63,031 nucleotides of DNA, filler included, from Stramenopiles sp. TOSAG23-6 (GCA_900128565.1; 49 parts of 49 records of this genome joined end to end with filler, not necessarily neighbours in it); one strand, 5' to 3'; shown: positions 12,215-24,987, numbered from the whole stretch's first letter. A program made the numbers and translations. Notes: a model not told the origin generated them from the sequence alone.

Positions 12215-12906
12215 ATGTCTCGAGTTGTACAAGCATGCGTCAAATTCGAGGGCCGTGCGCCACCAAAGGCCCTTCCGGATCTTGTATGGGGAGTAATCTT
12301 CTTTGGTTTGTTTATGGCACAAATAATTAGTATGCTTTACATTATTTTCGACACAAACACTTCTGGAGACTTTTTGGATGAACAAGTCATTGACTGCCCC
12401 GGTACTACAATATCCAGATCAGTTTATTCCTTTAAGAAAATATCTCAATCTACCAAAGAAGAATGGTGTGCATGTAGATCGAAATATGGTGACTGGGGTC
12501 GAAGACTTTCAAGAGACTCTACAAAGTACACGATGTATACGTTCTTTGAGAAACGACCTGAAGTTCCTGCTATCATGGGTGTAACAGTTCTTGCTATTTC
12601 TGTCGCTTGGTTAATTTTGCTTCGGTATTTTGCTAAACCAATTATATTTGCGACAATGTTTATTCAAGCAGGTATTGGCTATGTATTTGCAGCTGTATGC
12701 TTTTATTACGACTTGACAACTCAAGCAATTTTGTGCCTAATTGGTGCGTCTGCATTTCTGGCGTATGTGTTTGTTCGCCGTCAGAAATTCATAAACGCTG
12801 GTAACTTTATGTCTCTCTCTGTCAAAGGTCTAGGCAAACAGTGGTCTATCTTTTTCGTTTTATTGCCATTGCGATTTTTGTATTGCCTCTTTCTCTGGCT
12901 TAACAC
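12215..12906 (+). CDS. Choline transporter-like (CTL/SLC44) membrane protein, N-part
   Basis: N-terminal D..W..IF TM, Cys-containing loop, WLILLRYFAKPIIF, VRRQKFINA. Confidence 0.6.
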
Positions 12907-13006
12907 NNNNNNNNNNNNNNNNNNNNNNNNNNNNNNNNNNNNNNNNNNNNTTAATTAATTAANNNNNNNNNNNNNNNNNNNNNNNNNNNNNNNNNNNNNN
13001 NNNNNN

Positions 13007-13501
13007 ATTGAATATATTCCTCGTTTAGCGCAACAACTAGGGGTATCATTTTTTGAGGAAAAACTTGGTTCCTTATGCATGGATTGGTTAGCTGACAAGG
13101 TGTTTTCCATTCGAGAAGCTGCGATACATAATCTTGGCGTATTATCAGAACAGTTCGGAAGTGAGTGGGCAGCGATAAATATTGTTCCGCGTATTCTTAG
13201 TTTGCGTGATAATGTAAGTTATTTGCAGAGAATGACAATGTTATCTGCAGTTCGGGTCCTATCTGGTACAATTGGAGATGCTACTTTGATAAATGAAATG
13301 CTTCCCGTTGTAATTGGTATGAGTAAAGATAGTGTCCCCAACGTAAGGTTCAATGTCTGTAAGACATTGTCTGGAATTGCACCAAAGTTGCCACCTACTG
13401 TTGTGGCAGAGCATATCCTTCCTACATTAGAGACAATGTCTCAGGATAGTGATACAGACGTAGTGTACTTTGCCAAAAAGGCTTTGACGTCAATTTCATG
13501 A
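13007..13501 (+). CDS. PPP2R1A: PP2A scaffold subunit A C-terminus
   Basis: IEYIPRLAQQLGVSFF..LCMDWLADKVFSIREAA, DSVPNVRFNVCK, D.DTDVVYFA. Confidence 0.97.
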   Translation: MEYIPRLAQQLGVSFFEEKLGSLCMDWLADKVFSIREAAIHNLGVLSEQFGSEWAAINIVPRILSLRDNVSYLQRMTMLSAVRVLSGTIGDATLINEMLPVVIGMSKDSVPNVRFNVCKTLSGIAPKLPPTVVAEHILPTLETMSQDSDTDVVYFAKKALTSIS

Positions 13502-13864
13502 TAATAATACGATTTTTTAATTCAAGTGTACGCTTTTGAAGTTTTAATGGAAATAGTAATGATTCATGTCTAAAGTGACTATAGATATTATGCATTAAAC
13601 TATCCCTGTTTTCATACATTTATTATAAGTGAAGATTTCCTTTATATTGAGTAATATCAAATTTCTTAATTTTTTTCCAATTCATTTCACTCCAATATTT
13701 TTTACAGTCTGAAATACAAAAAACACCGAAAACACGAAATGTTGTTGTCGAATGTTGTAAATATGCGCATATATCTTTTGAAAAGATTTTTTTTGTCCCT
13801 ATATCTCATATCTTTTGAATTCGATTTATACCCCACTGGTTAAAGTTACTTAAACTACGTGCAT

Positions 13865-14202
13865 ATGAATTCCAAACTCTATTTTTTTATTGCATTTACT
13901 TGCATCTCTTCAACAGCATCGTTGAAATGTGCCGTGTACAATACTAAAACACCTCCAACCAGTGCCGTCACAACGGCGTGCACCTCACAGAGCTATGCCC
14001 AAGCTATATCTGGTAATGGAAAACCTTGCCTCGAAACCTGTGACACCGGAGATATCTGCCGGCATACGAGTACGAGTACTCAAGGGACATTCGGCGATTG
14101 TATTGCAAAAAAAGATGTTACACTTAGCGGGTGCATTGCGGGGACTTGTGAGTGTCAGTGGGAAACGGACAACTGCAACATCGGAAAGTGCAGCAACTCG
14201 TC
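13865..14202 (+). CDS. Small secreted Cys-rich protein, Ly6/uPAR (three-finger)-like
   Basis: Signal peptide, LKC start, 10 Cys ending CECQWETDNCN. Confidence 0.5.
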
Positions 14203-14549
14203 NNNNNNNNNNNNNNNNNNNNNNNNNNNNNNNNNNNNNNNNNNNNTTAATTAATTAANNNNNNNNNNNNNNNNNNNNNNNNNNNNNNNNNNNNNNNNNN
14301 NNGTCAATATCCTTAATTAATATCCCAAATCGGGCGTTTCTTATAATAAAAAATCAGATAATAATTTGATTTTCTTCAACTCCGAACAACTCAACTCGCG
14401 CCGAAATTTTCGATTCATTCGATAAAATATAAACACAAATTATAATTTGGAACAAAAAAGTAAAAGATTTTTTTGTGCAAAGGTTTATAGAAACACTGTT
14501 CTCTTCAAGAATGTATATCTGATAGTATCTAACAGGTTGTTTCTTGGAA

Positions 14550-15063
14550 ATGGGTCGTCTGGGTCGTTTTGGTGATCTTTTTCGGTCACGAGAACAAAAT
14601 CTATTAAAATGGCGTTCAAAGCATCTTCGAAAGTTGCGTGAGTTAGGTTGCACTGCGAGAATATCTTCACCAATGGTTTGTCCAATAAACACGGACGCTC
14701 CTATTCGGATAGATGTTGGACAAACAAATCCTACATGTAATTCTGAGTCAGTAATAGCCGAGATGAATATAATTGGTACAGAAGTAGAGTGTGATTTGTC
14801 TATTCCGGTACCAAACAGACCTACGTTAACTTTACGGGTGAAACTCCCACCTGACTTTCCTAATTCACCTCCTACCATTCGAATTCTACCTCTAGTAAGA
14901 CACATTCTCCTACATAGTTTAGTGTATGCAAATGGTCATTTCATCACCGAAGTTATCGAAACAATTTCACCAGAAAACTGGAAATATCACACAAAATTAT
15001 CACATCTTGTTCAACGGATTATTTTGACGTTTCTTGAAAGACCAATTCGACTTGAACCTACAG
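14550..15063 (+). CDS. UEV-domain ESCRT-I protein (VPS37A/Vps23-like)
   Basis: LTLRVKLPPDFPNSPPTIRILPLVRH..WKYHTKLSHLVQRIILTFLERP. Confidence 0.65.
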
Positions 15064-15669
15064 NNNNNNNNNNNNNNNNNNNNNNNNNNNNNNNNNNNNN
15101 NNNNNNNNNNNNNNNNNNNNNNNNNNNNNNNNNNNNNNNNNNNNNNNNNNNNNNNNNNNNNNNNNNNNNNNNNNNNNNNNNNNNNNNNNNNNNNNNNNNN
15201 NNNNNNNNNNNNNNNNNNNNNTGTTTTTTTTCGTACGAAATTTCGTACCTAACGATGTTTTTTTTAGTGTTTGTTGATGTACCATTTATTTTAATTTCAA
15301 TTGTTTTCTTCAAATTTATTTTTCATCCTTCAAAAATACAACATCTTACATATTTCATTATATATATATATATATTTGTACAATACATGCATGTATTAAA
15401 GGATATTTGAAAATAACACGTTTTCTTCTAGAGTTTTCAAAAGAAAAAAGTTCAATTATTATTGCACAATTCTGCGATGGTGGACGAACTGCGTTACNNN
15501 NNNNNNNNNNNNNNNNNNNNNNNNNNNNNNNNNNNNNNNNNTTAATTAATTAANNNNNNNNNNNNNNNNNNNNNNNNNNNNNNNNNNNNNNNNNNNNAAA
15601 TTTTTTTACAAAAAAAAAAAAAAAAAAAAAAAAATTTGGTAAAAATTTGGTAAAAATTTGAAAAAATAC

Positions 15670-16637
15670 ATCAGGTGTTCTAAATCCAATTGTATCTCCT
15701 GGTAAAGATGCTGGTGGTGCAGTAATAGCCATAGGAATATATTCCATACTATCTTTGTTATTTGAATCAATTATGTTAGGGTTAGGGTTATCCAAATAAT
15801 CATCATCAAAACTTTTTGTTTCATAATATGAATCATCATCAATACAATTATTATTTTTTGAATTAGGGTTAGGGTTAAAATTTAAATTTTTCAACTCCAT
15901 TTTGTCATAATTACTAAAATGTGTTTGTACGTGATTTAAGTGATTTAAGTGATTTAAGTGATTTAAGTGATTTAAGTTATTTACGTCATCAAATGGTAAA
16001 TTGAATGAATCGCCCAGAGATTTCACTGAAAAAATTCCGATTCGTAAATTTGCCTTTGATTTCGTGTTTTTTAATACTTTTGATGACGTGTCAACTGGAA
16101 TTGCTTCAACGATATCATTATACCGACGATTTGTACCAAATTTTCGTTCTTTTTTTTCCTTGATTCTTTGTAAATGAGCTATATATATATTGTGAAAAAA
16201 TATAGATTTTTTTTGTTTGTTTGTTTTGTTAGGTTTGAAATTTAAAAAAAAAAAAATTTTAAATTTTTTTTTCAAATTTTTTCAAATTTTTTTTAAATTA
16301 AATTTTTTTAAATTTTTTTTTTTCAAATATTTTGAGAAATGAAAACGTATATTCTTGATTTGGTTCATCATCTAACAAATTTCCAGATTTTGAAATTTCA
16401 TTTGCTAATGGATGTAAACTATTTGGAAATATTTTTTGACAAATAATATTTTCTAATTGCTGAACTTTTCTGAAATTCTTATTATTTTTCATTTTTTGAC
16501 TAGGGTTAGGGGTAAATTCATCTAATGGAACATTTTTGATTCCTAATTTTCTAGATATTTGTACTAAAGTATTTGAAATGATATCAATATATTCAAGAAA
16601 TGATAAAGGACATTGTGCATCAATTAGGGATACTATA
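15670..16637 (-). CDS. Hypothetical Asn-rich protein, 2 exons (intron 16185-16350 with ATACGT donor)
   Basis: Upstream intron ends TACTAAC..CCCACAG (canonical); gaa t|ATACGT..CACAATATAT|at ata gct; (GTGATTTAA)n and TTAGGG inserts in frame. Confidence 0.55.
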
Positions 16638-16755
16638 CTGTGGGAAAATATGTTGTGTAGTAAGTAGTTAGTATAGAATGAATTAGGTTTACTATGTTTA
16701 GTATGAATTAAAAAAAAAAAAAAAAAAAAAATTTTTAAAAAAAAAAAAAAAAAAA

Positions 16756-16791
<36 letters not shown>

Positions 16792-16891
16792 NNNNNNNNN
16801 NNNNNNNNNNNNNNNNNNNNNNNNNNNNNNNNNNNTTAATTAATTAANNNNNNNNNNNNNNNNNNNNNNNNNNNNNNNNNNNNNNNNNNNN

Positions 16892-17135
16892 CACATGGCT
16901 ACATCTGAAGGACTTGTCCAAAGAGATGCATCACAAAATTACAGATCATTTGTTCTTTCAAGATCATTTTTTGCAGGATCTCAGAGATTTGGTGCCATTT
17001 GGACAGGTGATAATAAATCTGATTGGGGGCATTTGAAAATGTCATCTAAAATGATTCTCACCATGGGTATTTCTGGTTATCCGTTTGCTGGTGCTGATAT
17101 TGGAGGTTTTTTTGGGAATCCTGACAAAGAATTAT
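16892..17135 (+). CDS. GANAB: Glycoside hydrolase family 31 (glucosidase II alpha-like) exon
   Basis: RSFVLSRSFFAGSQRFGAIWTGDN..W.HL..GADIGGFFGNPD.EL. Confidence 0.93.
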
Positions 17136-17242
17136 GTATGTTTTATTTTTTTTAATTTCGAATTTATTTTTTTTTCGTACGAAATTTTGTACCTAACAAT
17201 TTTTTTATAATTTTTTTTTTGAAATATTTTTCCAGAATACAT

Positions 17243-18085
17243 GCATCATGTGCATTCAGAACTTCGCCGAGCTACTTCAATTATTGGTACTTTATTAAGA
17301 AAATCGTCAGTAAAACTTTATACTAGTCATTTTAAGATTATGGTAAATGCACTCTCTTGTCCTATTTCATGGATGTCAGATAATATTGATAAAGATGATT
17401 CTCAAGAACGTACTAAAGGGACGTTTTGTTTCGTATGTGAAACTCCGTATCATATGGTACGTGATTGTCCTCAACGTGTACGAGAGAGGAAAGAAAGACG
17501 TTCGGAAATTTGTTATAAATGTGGTGAGTCTGGTCATAATATGCAAAAATGTAAAAATACAAAAGCAAAACGACGTGCAAAGGCTAGAAAAATGCAAAAA
17601 GAAGAACAAAAACGACAACGACAACAGGAATTTGAAAGAGTTAAACAAATGCGAAAGCAAAGAAGACAACAGCAACTAGAACAACAGCAACACATGCAAC
17701 GAAAACAAGAACAAAAAAAGCATTCCAAGTTAAATATTTCCGATTTGTCTTTTGATCGTAAAGCTAGGACAAAGTTTGACAGACTGGACGAAGATGAAAA
17801 ACAAAATGTATGTAATTTAATAAATCAAACACTTAAGAGAGATGGGCGTATGAGTAATCCTAGTGCATTTCTTATCAGTTGTATACGTAAAATACAAAAA
17901 CAACAACAAAAAGAACAACAGAAACAAAACCAACAGCAGAAACAAAGCCAACAGAAGCAACAAAACCAACAACAGAAACAACAGCGACATAATCAAAGTA
18001 AAAAAAAGAATCAAAATAGGAAAAGTCAAGAAAAAAAACAACATCAGCAGCAGCAGCAAGTACAACAAAAACAACAAAAAAAACA
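17243..18085 (+). CDS. CCHC zinc-knuckle, Gln-rich protein fragment (unrelated to upstream GH31)
   Basis: CFVCETPYHMVRDC and CYKCGESGHNMQKC; NPSAFLIS motif; poly-Q tail. Confidence 0.7.
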
Positions 18086-21000
18086 NNNNNNNNNNNNNNN
18101 NNNNNNNNNNNNNNNNNNNNNNNNNNNNNTTAATTAATTAANNNNNNNNNNNNNNNNNNNNNNNNNNNNNNNNNNNNNNNNNNNNCACATGGCTACATCT
18201 GAAGGACTTGTCCAAAGAGATGCATCACAAAATTACAGATCATTTGTTCTTTCAAGATCATTTTTTGCAGGATCTCAGAGATTTGGTGCCATTTGGACAG
18301 GTGATAATAAATCTGATTGGGGGCATTTGAAAATGTCATCTAAAATGATTCTCACCATGGGTATTTCTGGTTATCCGTTTGCTGGTGCTGATATTGGAGG
18401 TTTTTTTGGGAATCCTGACAAAGAATTATGTATGTTTTATTTTTTTTAATTTCGAATTTATTTTTTTTTCGTACGAAATTTTGTACCTAACAATTTTTTT
18501 ATAATTTTTTTTTTGAAATATTTTTCCAGAATACATGCATCATGTGCATTCAGAACTTCGCCGAGCTACTTCAATTATTGGTACTTTATTAAGAAAATCG
18601 TCAGTAAAACTTTATACTAGTCATTTTAAGATTATGGTAAATGCACTCTCTTGTCCTATTTCATGGATGTCAGATAATATTGATAAAGATGATTCTCAAG
18701 AACGTACTAAAGGGACGTTTTGTTTCGTATGTGAAACTCCGTATCATATGGTACGTGATTGTCCTCAACGTGTACGAGAGAGGAAAGAAAGACGTTCGGA
18801 AATTTGTTATAAATGTGGTGAGTCTGGTCATAATATGCAAAAATGTAAAAATACAAAAGCAAAACGACGTGCAAAGGCTAGAAAAATGCAAAAAGAAGAA
18901 CAAAAACGACAACGACAACAGGAATTTGAAAGAGTTAAACAAATGCGAAAGCAAAGAAGACAACAGCAACTAGAACAACAGCAACACATGCAACGAAAAC
19001 AAGAACAAAAAAAGCATTCCAAGTTAAATATTTCCGATTTGTCTTTTGATCGTAAAGCTAGGACAAAGTTTGACAGACTGGACGAAGATGAAAAACAAAA
19101 TGTATGTAATTTAATAAATCAAACACTTAAGAGAGATGGGCGTATGAGTAATCCTAGTGCATTTCTTATCAGTTGTATACGTAAAATACAAAAACAACAA
19201 CAAAAAGAACAACAGAAACAAAACCAACAGCAGAAACAAAGCCAACAGAAGCAACAAAACCAACAACAGAAACAACAGCGACATAATCAAAGTAAAAAAA
19301 AGAATCAAAATAGGAAAAGTCAAGAAAAAAAACAACATCAGCAGCAGCAGCAAGTACAACAAAAACAACAAAAAAAACANNNNNNNNNNNNNNNNNNNNN
19401 NNNNNNNNNNNNNNNNNNNNNNNTTAATTAATTAANNNNNNNNNNNNNNNNNNNNNNNNNNNNNNNNNNNNNNNNNNNNCACATGGCTACATCTGAAGGA
19501 CTTGTCCAAAGAGATGCATCACAAAATTACAGATCATTTGTTCTTTCAAGATCATTTTTTGCAGGATCTCAGAGATTTGGTGCCATTTGGACAGGTGATA
19601 ATAAATCTGATTGGGGGCATTTGAAAATGTCATCTAAAATGATTCTCACCATGGGTATTTCTGGTTATCCGTTTGCTGGTGCTGATATTGGAGGTTTTTT
19701 TGGGAATCCTGACAAAGAATTATGTATGTTTTATTTTTTTTAATTTCGAATTTATTTTTTTTTCGTACGAAATTTTGTACCTAACAATTTTTTTATAATT
19801 TTTTTTTTGAAATATTTTTCCAGAATACATGCATCATGTGCATTCAGAACTTCGCCGAGCTACTTCAATTATTGGTACTTTATTAAGAAAATCGTCAGTA
19901 AAACTTTATACTAGTCATTTTAAGATTATGGTAAATGCACTCTCTTGTCCTATTTCATGGATGTCAGATAATATTGATAAAGATGATTCTCAAGAACGTA
20001 CTAAAGGGACGTTTTGTTTCGTATGTGAAACTCCGTATCATATGGTACGTGATTGTCCTCAACGTGTACGAGAGAGGAAAGAAAGACGTTCGGAAATTTG
20101 TTATAAATGTGGTGAGTCTGGTCATAATATGCAAAAATGTAAAAATACAAAAGCAAAACGACGTGCAAAGGCTAGAAAAATGCAAAAAGAAGAACAAAAA
20201 CGACAACGACAACAGGAATTTGAAAGAGTTAAACAAATGCGAAAGCAAAGAAGACAACAGCAACTAGAACAACAGCAACACATGCAACGAAAACAAGAAC
20301 AAAAAAAGCATTCCAAGTTAAATATTTCCGATTTGTCTTTTGATCGTAAAGCTAGGACAAAGTTTGACAGACTGGACGAAGATGAAAAACAAAATGTATG
20401 TAATTTAATAAATCAAACACTTAAGAGAGATGGGCGTATGAGTAATCCTAGTGCATTTCTTATCAGTTGTATACGTAAAATACAAAAACAACAACAAAAA
20501 GAACAACAGAAACAAAACCAACAGCAGAAACAAAGCCAACAGAAGCAACAAAACCAACAACAGAAACAACAGCGACATAATCAAAGTAAAAAAAAGAATC
20601 AAAATAGGAAAAGTCAAGAAAAAAAACAACATCAGCAGCAGCAGCAAGTACAACAAAAACAACAAAAAAAACANNNNNNNNNNNNNNNNNNNNNNNNNNN
20701 NNNNNNNNNNNNNNNNNTTAATTAATTAANNNNNNNNNNNNNNNNNNNNNNNNNNNNNNNNNNNNNNNNNNNNCACATGGCTACATCTGAAGGACTTGTC
20801 CAAAGAGATGCATCACAAAATTACAGATCATTTGTTCTTTCAAGATCATTTTTTGCAGGATCTCAGAGATTTGGTGCCATTTGGACAGGTGATAATAAAT
20901 CTGATTGGGGGCATTTGAAAATGTCATCTAAAATGATTCTCACCATGGGTATTTCTGGTTATCCGTTTGCTGGTGCTGATATTGGAGGTTTTTTTGGGAA

Positions 21001-22067
21001 TCCTGACAAAGAATTATGTATGTTTTATTTTTTTTAATTTCGAATTTATTTTTTTTTCGTACGAAATTTTGTACCTAACAATTTTTTTATAATTTTTTTT
21101 TTGAAATATTTTTCCAGAATACATGCATCATGTGCATTCAGAACTTCGCCGAGCTACTTCAATTATTGGTACTTTATTAAGAAAATCGTCAGTAAAACTT
21201 TATACTAGTCATTTTAAGATTATGGTAAATGCACTCTCTTGTCCTATTTCATGGATGTCAGATAATATTGATAAAGATGATTCTCAAGAACGTACTAAAG
21301 GGACGTTTTGTTTCGTATGTGAAACTCCGTATCATATGGTACGTGATTGTCCTCAACGTGTACGAGAGAGGAAAGAAAGACGTTCGGAAATTTGTTATAA
21401 ATGTGGTGAGTCTGGTCATAATATGCAAAAATGTAAAAATACAAAAGCAAAACGACGTGCAAAGGCTAGAAAAATGCAAAAAGAAGAACAAAAACGACAA
21501 CGACAACAGGAATTTGAAAGAGTTAAACAAATGCGAAAGCAAAGAAGACAACAGCAACTAGAACAACAGCAACACATGCAACGAAAACAAGAACAAAAAA
21601 AGCATTCCAAGTTAAATATTTCCGATTTGTCTTTTGATCGTAAAGCTAGGACAAAGTTTGACAGACTGGACGAAGATGAAAAACAAAATGTATGTAATTT
21701 AATAAATCAAACACTTAAGAGAGATGGGCGTATGAGTAATCCTAGTGCATTTCTTATCAGTTGTATACGTAAAATACAAAAACAACAACAAAAAGAACAA
21801 CAGAAACAAAACCAACAGCAGAAACAAAGCCAACAGAAGCAACAAAACCAACAACAGAAACAACAGCGACATAATCAAAGTAAAAAAAAGAATCAAAATA
21901 GGAAAAGTCAAGAAAAAAAACAACATCAGCAGCAGCAGCAAGTACAACAAAAACAACAAAAAAAACANNNNNNNNNNNNNNNNNNNNNNNNNNNNNNNNN
22001 NNNNNNNNNNNTTAATTAATTAANNNNNNNNNNNNNNNNNNNNNNNNNNNNNNNNNNNNNNNNNNNN

Positions 22068-23261
22068 TTCAAACGGATGAAAATTGTGCTAGTGATAGTA
22101 GTAAAGTCTCTATTGATTCAAAACTACAAATTCAAACGGATGAAAATTGTGCTAGTGATAGTAGTAAAGTCTCTATTGATTCAAATCTACAAATTTCTAA
22201 CACTAACAGTAAAGTTTCAAATCTACAAAATGTTTTCCCTGAATCAAAAAAAAATGTAACAAATGATATTACAGAATCTTCGTGTGCTACAAATAATTTA
22301 TCTAAGGAAATTAATACAACAGAAATGTTGAATCAGACAGAATTTTCCAATTCAGAAAACCCCAACCCTAATCAGACAGAATTTTCCAATTCGGTTGAAA
22401 TTACAAATGGTCTGAAAGATAATAATATATTCATGGCTACTAATAATGATGATGTAAATGATACCAATAATTTGTCAAGTAATAAAAGTCGTAGTGAAAA
22501 TAATGATGTCCCTAACCCTAATGATAGTAAAAATAATGATGACCCTAACCCTAATGATTCCGATACTGAATCAGATATGTCACAAGATTTAGAAATAGAA
22601 AAATCGTCAAGTAATAAAAGTCGTAGTGAAAATAATGATGACCCTAACCCTAATGATAGTAAAAATAATGATGACCCTAACCCTAATGATTCCGATACTG
22701 AATCAGATATGTCACAAGATTTAGATGACCTTACTTCTACCTCAGTCAATATAACAGATGATGCATGTAGTAATAAAATCAATTATTCATCAAATTTAAG
22801 TTCTGTAGATAAAAAGTCTAATATTGCATCACAAATTCATTCAACAAAACAATCAGAAAACTGTCAATATATCACGAATACACACAAAAATGATGAATCG
22901 AGTCATGCTGAAACTACAGATGAAGAAGATGGTATTCATAATGATACAATCGATGAAGATGTCAGTCATAATGATACAATCGATGAAGATGTCAGTCATA
23001 ATGATACAGTGACTTCAATTATATCTAACTCAGATGGAGAGACTACGGATGAAAATAATGATGATATAATGGAACTAGTAGCAGAGCCTAAAGTGAAAAA
23101 AAAATCTGGAAATATGAAAGAAGATCAAGAAAGAAAAATAGATGAGAAAAAAGAATCTTTGGAGAAGGAAGAAGAAACAAAACGACAAAAACTTTTGTTA
23201 GAAGCAAAATTAAAAGCAGAACAAGAGGCGAAATTAAAAGCAGAACAAGAGGCGAAATTAA
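22068..23261 (+). CDS. Acidic Asn/Asp-rich repetitive protein fragment
   Basis: Long open frame; in-frame tandem repeats (63, 129, 30, 24 nt); DPNPND motifs. Confidence 0.6.
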
Positions 23262-23362
23262 NNNNNNNNNNNNNNNNNNNNNNNNNNNNNNNNNNNNNNN
23301 NNNNNTTAATTAATTAANNNNNNNNNNNNNNNNNNNNNNNNNNNNNNNNNNNNNNNNNNNNT

Positions 23363-24555
23363 TTGAGTGTATGTGTTGTAGAGAAGGGTGCTGAAGTTGG
23401 AGCTCATATTCTTTCTGGGAATGTGTTTGAGCCTCGAGCCCTCGATGAATTACTGCCCTCGTGGCGTGAAGATGAAAGTTGCCCCGTGAAAACAGAAGTC
23501 AAAGAAGACCATTTTTTATTCCTTCAAGATGAAAAGAAGTCTATAAAAGTACCAAATTTTATTCATCCAAAAGCAATTCACAACGATGGAAATTATATCA
23601 TTAGTCTGGGTCAACTTTGCCGTTGGTTAGGCACACAGTGCGAAGAAGCAGGAGTAGAAATATACCCTGGATTCTCCGCCTCTGAAGTACTCTATCGCCC
23701 AGATGGTGGTGTGGCTGGTATAGCTACTGCTGATATGGGCGTTAACAAAGATGGATCTCCAAAAAATTTTTGAAATATTTTTTTCACAATACATGTAGTG
23801 AAACTGTAATGAAAAAGTTTGGTCTTCGAGATGCTCCGCCTCACCTTGCTAATGAGGATAAGAAGGAAGCTGATCCTCAATCTTACGCCCTGGGTGTTAA
23901 GGAAGTTTGGCAAATCCCTGAAGAAAAATGCAAACCAGGAACAGTTGTACATACGTGGGGATGGCCATTGACTGATATGAAAAACCCCAAAGATAAGACT
24001 TACGGAGGTGCTTTTCTGTATCATATGGAACCAAATCTAGTACTATGTGGTTTCGTTACCGGATTAGATTACGCAAATCCATATATATCACCTTACAAAA
24101 CGTTTCAAGAATGGAAAAGGCATCCAAAAATAAGTGAATATTTAGACGTTGATGGTGCAGAATGTATTCAATATGGAGCTAGAGTTTTGAATGAAGGTGG
24201 TTATTACGCTTGTCCGAAACTTACGTTCCCTGGAGGCATGTATGTTTTATTTTTTTTTCAATTTCGAATTTTTTTTTTTTCGTACGAAATTTTGTACCTA
24301 ATAATTTTTTTTTTTGAAATATTTTTCCAAAATACATGTTACTCGGTTGTTCCGCCGGTTTCTTAAATGCAATGAAAATAAAAGGTAGTCATACAGCCCT
24401 CAAATCTGGAATGGTAGCAGCTGAAGCAACTTTTGCGGGTTTATTAGGATTAGATAGTACCCTGAAAACGCCTGCACCTGAAATATCCGTATGGGACTAT
24501 CAAATGTCAGATGAATCAGGTGAGCCAGCAATAAAATCTGATGAAAGTTCGATAG
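23363..24555 (+). CDS. ETFDH: ETF-ubiquinone oxidoreductase (partial; apparent deletion near 23770; GT-AT intron 24240-24337)
   Basis: VEKGAEVGAHILSGNVFEPRAL, GVEIYPGF, YALGVKEVW, LDYANPYISPY, YGARVLNEGG..PKLTFPGG|MLLGCSAGFLN..KIKGSHTALKSG. Confidence 0.97.
24240..24337 (+). mobile_element. Introner-family intron, GT-AT, contains no AG at all
   Basis: ggc at|GTATGTTTT..TTCGAA..CGTACGAAATTTTGTACCTAAT..CCAAAATACAT|g tta ctc ggt; removal gives FPGGMLLGC, colinear with ETFDH FPGGLLIGC. Confidence 0.93.
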
Positions 24556-24987
24556 NNNNNNNNNNNNNNNNNNNNNNNNNNNNNNNNNNNNNNNNNNNNT
24601 TAATTAATTAANNNNNNNNNNNNNNNNNNNNNNNNNNNNNNNNNNNNNNNNNNNNTTGTCCCAGGAATCAAGGTTGATATGGGAGTCAAACCTCTTTTCG
24701 TAACTGATAATCGTCGATACAGCAACGACAGTATTACTAGTATATCTTACTTAAATTTTTCCGTTTGGGGTCAATTTCTTCGAGTAAAAACATCATTTCC
24801 AATAGTACAATACACTGAATAAATTCATTTGTTATTTGTTCAGCGTACTTAGTATTGATGACTAACGATGATGTTGTAATCAATAAAATGACACGAAGGA
24901 AACCTCCGGGAAAATTGCAGCCTCCAAAAAAAATGCAAACAGAGTTTTTTTTTCAAACAATTAAACGCTTCTCCTGTTCGATTAGAT

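Larger units (their letters stand above)
16892..21967. repeat. Four identical copies of one 1194-nt contig (period 1294 incl. linker)
   Basis: Identical ORFs at 16895, 18189, 19483, 20777, each separated by the artificial linker. Confidence 0.97.

Noticed and set aside
17423-17552. CCHC knuckles as retroelement Gag
   Set aside because: No protease, RT or LTR; context fits a cellular RNA-binding protein
16892-21967. Tandem 4x gene amplification (and 2x UTP20 at 1304-3807)
   Set aside because: Identical copies with identical ends separated by artificial linkers: redundant contigs
24238-24335. Reading the introns as U12 AT-AC introns by sliding 2 nt
   Set aside because: Works only for ..AC|AT copies; fails for TAT, GCAT, CCAT, TCAT and AAAT ends; no ATATCCTT donor or TCCTTAAC branch
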